In this document: one piece after another, positions 10,080 through 16,936 of the stretch
Numbering within the stretch: the stretch's first letter is position 1
How the letters are laid out: the number at the start of each line of letters is the position of its first letter
NCBI GenBank assembly: GCA_049970495.1
Contig: JBMFMV010000030.1
Location: forward strand, 1-21,078
Direction: 5' to 3'
Source of the DNA: a bacterium
Lineage (GTDB): Bacteria > DUMJ01
Length of the DNA stretch: 21,078 nt
The notes under the pieces: model-generated
What the model was told of the DNA's origin: nothing
What the model saw: the letters and a program-made list of their open reading frames with translations, nothing else
The model's database searches: none
Position numbers and translations under genes: made by a program

Positions 10080-10150
10080 AATACCCGTAAAATTGCCAAT
10101 CTAATTCACAGAGAGATTGGTGGAACTATCTTTGAGATACAACCCGAAAG
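10080..10150 (+). pseudogene. Relic fragment of a flavodoxin gene
   Basis: Intergenic DNA translates NTRKIANLIHREIGGTIFEIQPE, resembling the (SG)NTxxIAxxIxxxxGGDxFEIxP N-terminus of Flavodoxin_4-type proteins. No start codon and no remainder. Confidence 0.6.
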
Positions 10151-10178
10151 GGAGATACAGCAGAATTATAAGCCTCTG

Positions 10179-11012
10179 CTATGCTTTTTTTATCTCCTCA
10201 AGCCACCGCTTAACCATACCATATGCGGTATCTTTTACATCTTCCTCGTTAAATATTTCGTGATAGCTTTCTGGAAAGATGTGATACTTTTTGAGCGGTG
10301 AGTTGAATATGTTAAAGATATTTATGGCTTCCTTAGTATTTACTAAATAATCTTTTCCCGAGGCCAAAAGTAGTATTGGTGGGAACAGTTTGGATAGCTT
10401 CTCTTTTAGAAGTTTCATATTTTTATCTATCTCTACCCCTAGTCGGACGGTGATTCTATTTCGAATAAGAGGATCCCTCCTATAACTTTCTACTACCTCT
10501 TTAGAGTGGCTTAGGTAATCAGGATTAACCACATTGGTAAGATAGAATTTAGGAAGTATAAAAGATAAAAACCTTACTAGATTGAGTTTTAAGGGTGATA
10601 TGTCTTTCCACCCAAAGAATGGGGAGGATAGAATTAGTGTCTTTATCTGTTGAGTAAACTCTTGATATTCTTGGATGAATCTAGTCACAATAAGTCCTCC
10701 CATACTATGCCCCATTAAGTAGAATTTTCTAAAACCAGAGGTTAGTAGCATATCAAAGAATGCTTTTAAGTCTAGTATATAGTGAGAAAAGGATTCAACA
10801 TCTCCTCTAGGACCTTCAGAGTTTCCATGCCCCCTTAAGTCTGGCACAAAGACAGGAAATCCCCAGGAAGAGATTCTTTCTATAGTTTCTGTATACCTAC
10901 CGCTGTGTTCTAAAAGCCCATGCACTATAATAAAAGCCCTTTTACCCTCCAAATTCCCGCCATATCTATAGAATATCTTTGTCCCATCAAAGCTAGTAAG
11001 GAATGATTCCAT
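10179..11012 (-). CDS. Alpha/beta hydrolase, lysophospholipase/monoacylglycerol lipase-like
   Basis: VHGLLEHSGRY, DLRGHGNSEGPRG, GHSMGG nucleophile elbow, KDYLV and YHEIFNE; AGGAGGT RBS. Confidence 0.92.
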   Translation of the reverse strand: MESFLTSFDGTKIFYRYGGNLEGKRAFIIVHGLLEHSGRYTETIERISSWGFPVFVPDLRGHGNSEGPRGDVESFSHYILDLKAFFDMLLTSGFRKFYLMGHSMGGLIVTRFIQEYQEFTQQIKTLILSSPFFGWKDISPLKLNLVRFLSFILPKFYLTNVVNPDYLSHSKEVVESYRRDPLIRNRITVRLGVEIDKNMKLLKEKLSKLFPPILLLASGKDYLVNTKEAINIFNIFNSPLKKYHIFPESYHEIFNEEDVKDTAYGMVKRWLEEIKKA

Positions 11013-11142
11013 CTTAAACCACCTCCTTAACGCTCTTAAAACATCATATATCTATTCTATCACAGTAATGTATCGAACTTTATGAAAAGATTATGAGTAT
11101 CTTATACTATAGACCGGTATAGTATATCCTCCTCTCTAGGGA

Positions 11143-11180
11143 TAAGGTCTCGGGGTTTCCTCGGGACCTTAATTCTTTTT
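11143..11180 (+). terminator. Intrinsic terminator-like hairpin with no adjacent upstream + gene
   Basis: TAAGGTCTCGGGG-TTT-CCTCGGGACCTTA forms a 13-bp stem with two G.U pairs on the + strand, followed by ATTCTTTTT. Confidence 0.6.
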
Positions 11181-11211
11181 ATAGATTTTCTTAAGACAAG
11201 TCCCATCACCC

Positions 11212-11322
11212 TCATACTAAAGGTCAAATTTATCATACTTTAGTATGATTCAAAAGAATACCTAAAAGTATGATAGAAAACCATACCACTGACCGATAGT
11301 AAGCGCATCTACTTTAGTCTAT
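11212..11322. promoter_or_regulatory. Tandem TCATAC-N4-GTATGA-type regulator boxes upstream of the secretin operon
   Basis: Perfect ATCATACT-TT-AGTATGAT at 11232-11249. Degenerate copies occur at 11212, 11258, 11281 and about 11307. Confidence 0.6.
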
Positions 11323-11341
11323 CCTATAGGTGGAGGTAATG

Positions 11342-12271
11342 ATGAAAAGATTGATGGTATTTTTAGAGGTTGTCAGTTTAATAATCTTAATTATACCAAG
11401 TACTTTTTCTCAAAATAGAGCATCAACATTTATGTCATTTAGCCCTCCTAAGATAGAATTTGTAGTAGATAATATCTCTAAATTTTATACACAACAGGTA
11501 GATATAACAGGTTCCATAGATATAGAAGACTGGGAACTATTTTGTGAATTGGATATAGTAGGGATTCCTAAAGAGAGGATACTGTTTGCAGGTGGTATAA
11601 ATCCTACTGATACTTTCTATACGCCTTTTACTAGCAAGATAAGACTTGCTAGGAGGGTAAAGAACGCTTCAGTCTTTATTCCTAGATTAAACATAAGATA
11701 TATACCTAGCTGGTTAGATAACCCCGGGACATATCAAGGTAATCTTATCTTTAGCTATAGATATATCTCGGAAGGAAAAGAAGAGATAGTAAAACTTGCT
11801 TCTATTCCTATTATTATAGTAATAAAACCAATATTTTCGGTAACTATAATTTCTGTACCTAGAAATGAAACGAGAAAGCCGCAAAATTACATGGATATAA
11901 CTCCAAGTACATTATCCTTTCTAGTTCCCTACCCTGGCGAGTGGATGTCTCGGGAGATTCTAAATTTAGAAGTAAAGACTAATAAAAAGAACTGGACTGT
12001 TCAGTGTAGCGCCACGGAACTAGTAGAGTATGAGGAATCTCAAAAACATAAAAATAGAGTAATTTCTCCTATTCCACCAGACTATCTGTATGTTAAAGTT
12101 GGAGATTCTGTCAGCTATCTGCAGTTATCTAATTCTTACAGAACTATAATCTCTGGTAATAATAGTGGGAAGTTTACAATACCTCTGAGTTTTAAACTCA
12201 AGACCGATGAGTCTGTCCTGGCTGGAGAATATGCAGGAAGCATAAAATTTTTATTCCAGGGGTCGGAATAA
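11342..12271 (+). CDS. Secreted two-domain pilin-like protein (putative tip/initiator subunit)
   Basis: Signal-peptide-like N-terminus after the GGAGG RBS. Two beta-rich domains end PGTYQGNLIF and AGEYAGSIKF, like the last strand of CS1/Csu/WxL-type folds. Confidence 0.6.
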   Translation: MKRLMVFLEVVSLIILIIPSTFSQNRASTFMSFSPPKIEFVVDNISKFYTQQVDITGSIDIEDWELFCELDIVGIPKERILFAGGINPTDTFYTPFTSKIRLARRVKNASVFIPRLNIRYIPSWLDNPGTYQGNLIFSYRYISEGKEEIVKLASIPIIIVIKPIFSVTIISVPRNETRKPQNYMDITPSTLSFLVPYPGEWMSREILNLEVKTNKKNWTVQCSATELVEYEESQKHKNRVISPIPPDYLYVKVGDSVSYLQLSNSYRTIISGNNSGKFTIPLSFKLKTDESVLAGEYAGSIKFLFQGSE

Positions 12272-13059
12272 TGGAAAAGATACTTATATGCACTAGATTA
12301 TTCAGTTCATCATATCTGGTAGAGGATCCATTAAAAGAGATAAAGGTTAGCATCTCTCCTCCAATAATGGAGCTCTCTTTGGCCCCTAAGACTACTTATG
12401 GTTTTTCTATCTCTCTTACTAATCTAAGCACTTTAAGATTGAGAGTAAGAGGTGAGGTGTCACCATTTACATTTGAAGAGAATGGAACACTAGTGATACT
12501 TGATAAACCCGATAAGTGGAGCTGTAAAGACTGGATAACTCTAGAAGATATAAACTTTACTATTTCTCCCAGGGAGAACTATACAGTTAATGGTAAAGTC
12601 TCTGTCCCTTCCGACGTTACTGGGGGAAAATATTCAGCAGTAACCTTTGATATAAATAGTAGTGATGAAATTATAGGTGGTATGGGTGTCAAGATTAGAA
12701 CAGGGACTTTGATTTTTATTTCCATACCATCTACGGAGAGAAAAGAGTTAGCTTTAGACTCTTTTACTATAGAGAAGAGTACACCTGAAGAGGTAGTTTT
12801 TTCTATGGTATTAAAGAATCTAGGGAATACATACCTAAAGATAGAAGGAAATGTGAATATAAAAGATTCCCAAGGTAAGAGGGTAAGGACTATACCTTTA
12901 AAAGATGTAAGCACAATACTTCCTGAAGGGAGAAGAATAATACGTACGGTCTGGAGACATCCAAAGGTTGGAGATTTTACAGCTTACCTAAAAGTAAACT
13001 ACAGTAGCGATGGTTGTATTGGAGAGAAAATTATTGGGAAGGTGGGCTATGAGATTTAA
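12271..13059 (+). CDS. Pilus-chaperone-like protein (PapD-like/DUF916-like module plus second Ig domain)
   Basis: VSISPPIMEL, WSCKDWI, VPSDVTGGKYSAV, KNLGNTYLKIEG and ILPEGRR motifs; homologous by eye to both halves of 15305..16936. Signal peptide is weak. Confidence 0.6.
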   Translation: MEKILICTRLFSSSYLVEDPLKEIKVSISPPIMELSLAPKTTYGFSISLTNLSTLRLRVRGEVSPFTFEENGTLVILDKPDKWSCKDWITLEDINFTISPRENYTVNGKVSVPSDVTGGKYSAVTFDINSSDEIIGGMGVKIRTGTLIFISIPSTERKELALDSFTIEKSTPEEVVFSMVLKNLGNTYLKIEGNVNIKDSQGKRVRTIPLKDVSTILPEGRRIIRTVWRHPKVGDFTAYLKVNYSSDGCIGEKIIGKVGYEI

Positions 13060-13714
13060 CATAAAGTTCTTATTAATCTTTTTTATGTTTTTGACACTTG
13101 GTATGAGTCTCTACCGCTATGACGCTTCTACTGGTCAGTGGGTAAAACTCGAAGGACTTAATGAGTATGGCTCTGCAGAGGCACTAGGAGAGAGCGTCAG
13201 TGGTTATTGTAATAAGAGAACCTGGGAGATAAAAGTATCTACGAAGGCAATGGTAGAAGTTCCTGAATTTAGTTTTACTAAGATTGCAGTACCAATAACT
13301 TCTAATATTGAGATACTACCTAATGGAACCTTTAAAGTCCCACTTAAACAGTACGCAGAATGGAAGATAATAATAAGACTATCTTCTACTATCCCTATAG
13401 ATAATGTAGTTGTCACGGATATTTTTCAGCCACAACTTGGAATCCAAGATCCGCCTATAAAAGTCTCTCGAGGAACTGTAAATTATACCCCAGGTCCGGG
13501 ACGTCAGACTACAATTACTTGGACAATAGGCAATAACTTCTCTGGGGACGCAGAATTAATACTTAAGGTCTATACAAAACTAAATCCAGGAGGTCAGCAG
13601 GAATATACATCTCCTGGAACATATTATCTAAACAAAGGTGCAACATTGAATTATACACTTGGTGAAACTAGATATTCTGTGACTACAGGTGAAATATTGG
13701 TGATTGTACTATGA
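13049..13714 (+). CDS. Secreted protein: pilin-type N-terminal segment fused to a DUF11-like Ig domain
   Basis: Start moved to ATG 13049 (GAAGGTG RBS; signal peptide MRFNIKFLLIFFMFLTLG). SGYCNKRTWEIKV is shared with the next two genes. The rest carries FTK...NVVVTDIF...ITWTIG...LNKGATL. Confidence 0.6.
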   Translation: MRFNIKFLLIFFMFLTLGMSLYRYDASTGQWVKLEGLNEYGSAEALGESVSGYCNKRTWEIKVSTKAMVEVPEFSFTKIAVPITSNIEILPNGTFKVPLKQYAEWKIIIRLSSTIPIDNVVVTDIFQPQLGIQDPPIKVSRGTVNYTPGPGRQTTITWTIGNNFSGDAELILKVYTKLNPGGQQEYTSPGTYYLNKGATLNYTLGETRYSVTTGEILVIVL

Positions 13715-13737
13715 AAAATAATATAGCGGTTAACGAA

Positions 13738-13764
13738 GGTAGTAGTAAGTCTATTACTACTACC
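13738..13764 (+). promoter_or_regulatory. Perfect intergenic stem-loop upstream of the putative major subunit
   Basis: GGTAGTAGTAA-GTCTA-TTACTACTACC, an 11-bp perfect stem with no strong U-tract. Confidence 0.6.
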
Positions 13765-13818
13765 AGTTTATATAAAAGGTTGATCATCTTGAAGAGTCTA
13801 ATGAAAGGAGGTGAGATT

Positions 13819-14517
13819 ATGAGAAAAGTTGTACTAATAACCTTAGTGGCAGGTTTGTTGATGGGTATAGTTAGTCTAGCATGGGCAACTGAAATGGATG
13901 TTGGTGAAGAAGTTCAGGTCTGGAAATGGGATAAAGACCCATATACAGGACAGTGGACTTGGATTCCTGAAACTAAAGGAAGTAGACTTGCTAATACTAG
14001 GGCATGGAAACAGGGCGAAGCTCTAAGTGGTTTTTGCAATAAAGAAACATGGACTATAGATGTTGCTACACATGCATCTATAGCTCAGTGGATAAAGTGG
14101 CAACTTAATGCTCAAGGATGGCGTTTCTATGTGAGAAAGCCAGGGACATACATCGCAGATTGCATCTCTGGTTCTATTAAGTCCAATGCGGATGTCTTAG
14201 TAACATTCTCTGGATTTGATGACCTAAAGAATACTTCTGGTGAAGCTATAGAGACATACTATTCCTTTGGAGAAGAGATGCCTTCTTCAGCAATGGTTTG
14301 GTATCCGGCAAAGACATTAGGCCAAGAGACCCTTAGAGTTCCTTACTGCGAGCACAATGCGCATCTATGGATAAAGATTGTTGTAAGAGAAGACGCTAGT
14401 GGTGGTTATCCTAAGACAAGGGCATGTGAATATCAGAATGATGCCACGGTAAAGATTTCAGTAACAGTGTACAAGCCGTGGCTAGATAATAGTGGGCTTG
14501 GTATTTTTGCTGAGTAG
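13819..14517 (+). CDS. Secreted putative major fibre subunit A
   Basis: Start moved to ATG 13819 after the perfect SD AAAGGAGGTGA. Sec signal ends ...SLAWA; 4 Cys; paralog of 14550..15239. Confidence 0.65.
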   Translation: MRKVVLITLVAGLLMGIVSLAWATEMDVGEEVQVWKWDKDPYTGQWTWIPETKGSRLANTRAWKQGEALSGFCNKETWTIDVATHASIAQWIKWQLNAQGWRFYVRKPGTYIADCISGSIKSNADVLVTFSGFDDLKNTSGEAIETYYSFGEEMPSSAMVWYPAKTLGQETLRVPYCEHNAHLWIKIVVREDASGGYPKTRACEYQNDATVKISVTVYKPWLDNSGLGIFAE

Positions 14518-15169
14518 TTTTAAAAATTTATAAAAGGAGTGTGATTGAAGTGAGAAAGGGTTTATTAGTGTTACTAGTAATAAGTTTGATGATGGGTATA
14601 GTAGGTTTAGCTTGGGGAAGTAACTTATCCTTACTTGGTGAGACGCAAGTTTGGAGACTAGGTGATGATGGTAATTGGTACCCCGAACCTAAGGGTGATG
14701 TTACAGCTAATGCTAGGGCTTGGCATCAAGGGACTCAACAGAGTGGTTTCTGCAATAAAAAAACCTGGGAGATAGGAGTTGCTTCTCATGCATCTATCGC
14801 TCAATGGATAAAGTGGGAGCTAGAAGCGCAAGGATGGAACATCAAGGTAAGAAAGCCAGGGATATATGTTGCAGGACCAATAAAGGGATGGACCAAGTCT
14901 AATGCAGATATTTTAGCAACAGCAGCTGGATTTGATGACCTAAAGAATAATTCTGGTGAAGCTATAGAGACATGGTATGGTATTACCTATAGCTATGATC
15001 CGAATAATCCTGTATTACCTACTACTTGGGTCAAAGCAACCGAGTTACCATCTTCTGCTACTATTCCATTCTGCTACAATGAAGGCTATCTGTGGATAAA
15101 GATCAATGTAAGAGAAGACGCTAGTGGTGGTTATCCTAAGACAAGGGCATGTGAATATCAGAATGATGC
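14382..15169 (+). repeat. Identical 63-bp direct repeat shared by the two subunit paralogs (14382-14444 = 15107-15169)
   Basis: TGTAAGAGAAGACGCTAGT...CAGAATGATGC is identical in both genes. A second 48-bp block with one mismatch lies at 14210-14257 and 14926-14973. Confidence 0.9.
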
Positions 15170-15239
15170 TAAGATAACACTATCATTAACAGTAGTTAAG
15201 GATTGGATAGATACAAAGACAGGCTATTTTAAAAAGTAG
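14550..15239 (+). CDS. Secreted putative major fibre subunit B
   Basis: GTG 14550 fits AAGGAG spacing and aligns with the paralog start (MRK...). Sec signal ends ...GLAWG; 3 Cys. Shares SGFCNK, HASIAQWIKW, VRKPG, KSNAD and RACEYQNDA with subunit A. Confidence 0.65.
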   Translation: MRKGLLVLLVISLMMGIVGLAWGSNLSLLGETQVWRLGDDGNWYPEPKGDVTANARAWHQGTQQSGFCNKKTWEIGVASHASIAQWIKWELEAQGWNIKVRKPGIYVAGPIKGWTKSNADILATAAGFDDLKNNSGEAIETWYGITYSYDPNNPVLPTTWVKATELPSSATIPFCYNEGYLWIKINVREDASGGYPKTRACEYQNDAKITLSLTVVKDWIDTKTGYFKK

Positions 15240-15251
15240 TTCTGCTTTTCA

Positions 15252-15281
15252 AGGGGCTCACTAAAGGAGCCCCTATTTTTT
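15252..15281 (+). terminator. Intra-operon intrinsic terminator after the subunit genes
   Basis: AGGGGCTC-ACTAAAG-GAGCCCCT followed by ATTTTTT. Confidence 0.8.
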
Positions 15282-15304
15282 AAGAATTTTAAGGAGGTAA
15301 CAAG

Positions 15305-16936
15305 ATGAGTAAAAAGACTTATGCTTTATTTGTAATATTAGTCACTATAATAATCTTTTTTTCTTTTATATCGCAATTACCTTCTCAACCAGTTAGTATA
15401 AGTGTAACTCCTCTTTTTAATGAGATAATTTTATATTCGGGAATAACTAAGAAGTTTAGTATACTACTTGTCAATGAAAGTGACCCGAATAGTGTGGGTA
15501 ATTTTAGGATTAGACCTATTCCTGTAAGAGTTAATAAAGCTGGCTATTTCGATCTCTTAGGTAAAGATGAGATAAATCCTTGGGATTGTAGCGAATGGGT
15601 AAAGGTAAATCCTAGCGAAGTAACACTAAAGGGTCAAGAAGGAAAGGTTATTGAGTGTACCGTAACTATTCCTAGAGGTGTAAACGGAAGTAGATACTGT
15701 GCAGTTTTATTTGAGCTTTTACCTGAAAAGAAATCTGCTACAGGTGAAGAAGGGATTGCAAGTTTGACTATTACTACACAGATACTAAGCATAGTAAGTG
15801 TCACAATCCCTGGAGGAAAGGTTGATAGGAAAGTAACTCTGGAAGAATTTAGTATAGAAAATGTAAAGATGGAAAATACTAACATGATAGCGTTTACCGC
15901 TCTACTTAAGAATCAAGGGAACATTGCTGTTCAGACAAAAGGGACACTTGTTATAAAGTCAAGATTGGGTAGGAGAATAAGAGAGATTCCTCTTGGTGGA
16001 GGTATGGGGCTTTTATTCCCCGGTGCCGAAGCGGAACTTAGAAGTATTATAAGGCCTCTCCCTCCCGGTGAGTATATTGCAGATGCATATGTAAGGTATG
16101 GAGTTCCAACTTCTTTGAGGGCGAGTATCCCATTTAGTGTTACCACAGGTGAAGCTAAACTTGGAACATTAGCAGAAGGTAAAGGTATAGATGTTGTGGC
16201 AGAACCCTCTATTCAGGAAATAAATGCACTTCCAGGTTCTTTTAGGAGTTCTGTTATAACCATCCAGAATATGACAGAGAAACCTGTAAATGTGAGGGTT
16301 AATACCAAGCCTGTAGCCCTGGGACCTGATGGAGAAATCATTGAGACAGAAGATACAAGATATTCCTGTGTAGATTGGATAAAGACAGACACTAATAGTT
16401 TTACTCTAAAATCAAAGGAGAGGCGTTCTATAAGAGTTAATATATCTCCCCCTAGAGATATAAAGCCTGGCGGTAGATATGCCAATGTTTCATTTGAAGT
16501 CTTAGACCCATCCGCTAAAGAAGGACTCGTTACTACTTTGGATACTTTGTATCTAGTTACTGTGCCTGGAGATTTAAAGTACTCTGGAGAAGTTCAGAAC
16601 ATTAAACTTGTAGGGGTTGGAGAATCTGCCTTCCCACAGTTTTTGACTCTATTTAAAAATACTGGAAATATCCATCTAAAGGCTAGTGCAGTCCTTACAG
16701 TAAAGACAAAGGGGACCGATAAAGAGAAGTCTAAAGTGATAGTAGAAGAGATACCCTTCTCTGACGGGGAGGTAGTTGTCTTACCCGATGGTACTAGACA
16801 GTTTGTGCTTCTCTATACACAACCTCTTGAATCCGGAGAGTATATAGCAACTGTCAGGGTGAATTTTGGAGAAAAGAGGTGGATAACATTTGAAAAAGAA
16901 TTTAAGATAGAGAAAAAAGAGGAGGTCAAGGAATGA
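15305..16936 (+). CDS. Tandem-duplicated pilus-chaperone-like protein (2 x two-Ig-domain module)
   Basis: N-terminal signal/TM segment. Module 1 has ISVTP, WDCSEWV, KNQGNI, LLFPG and PGEY. Module 2 has VVAEPS, YSCVDWI, KNTGNIHL, VVLPDG and SGEY. AAGGAGG RBS. Confidence 0.65.
   Translation: MSKKTYALFVILVTIIIFFSFISQLPSQPVSISVTPLFNEIILYSGITKKFSILLVNESDPNSVGNFRIRPIPVRVNKAGYFDLLGKDEINPWDCSEWVKVNPSEVTLKGQEGKVIECTVTIPRGVNGSRYCAVLFELLPEKKSATGEEGIASLTITTQILSIVSVTIPGGKVDRKVTLEEFSIENVKMENTNMIAFTALLKNQGNIAVQTKGTLVIKSRLGRRIREIPLGGGMGLLFPGAEAELRSIIRPLPPGEYIADAYVRYGVPTSLRASIPFSVTTGEAKLGTLAEGKGIDVVAEPSIQEINALPGSFRSSVITIQNMTEKPVNVRVNTKPVALGPDGEIIETEDTRYSCVDWIKTDTNSFTLKSKERRSIRVNISPPRDIKPGGRYANVSFEVLDPSAKEGLVTTLDTLYLVTVPGDLKYSGEVQNIKLVGVGESAFPQFLTLFKNTGNIHLKASAVLTVKTKGTDKEKSKVIVEEIPFSDGEVVVLPDGTRQFVLLYTQPLESGEYIATVRVNFGEKRWITFEKEFKIEKKEEVKE

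Noticed and set aside
10097..10152. Hairpins CCAATCT/AGATTGG and CCC-GAAA-GGG as a structured ncRNA or terminator
   Set aside because: Stems are short with no U-tract, and the stretch is better explained as flavodoxin coding relic.
11030..11340. c-di-GMP or other known riboswitch in the operon leader
   Set aside because: I could not find the conserved GEMM-type or other recognisable aptamer motifs by eye. An Rfam scan would be needed to exclude one fully.
13711..13818. 36-aa N-terminal extension of subunit A given by the ORF track
   Set aside because: A perfect SD and signal peptide start at 13819, matching the paralog. The extension spans a hairpin-containing intergenic region.
11342..16936. 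Classical WxL/DUF916 cell-surface cluster or TasA/SipW operon
   Set aside because: Motif resemblance only. There is no clear WxL terminal signature, LPxTG protein, C-terminal TM anchor or SipW peptidase, and secretins imply an outer membrane.
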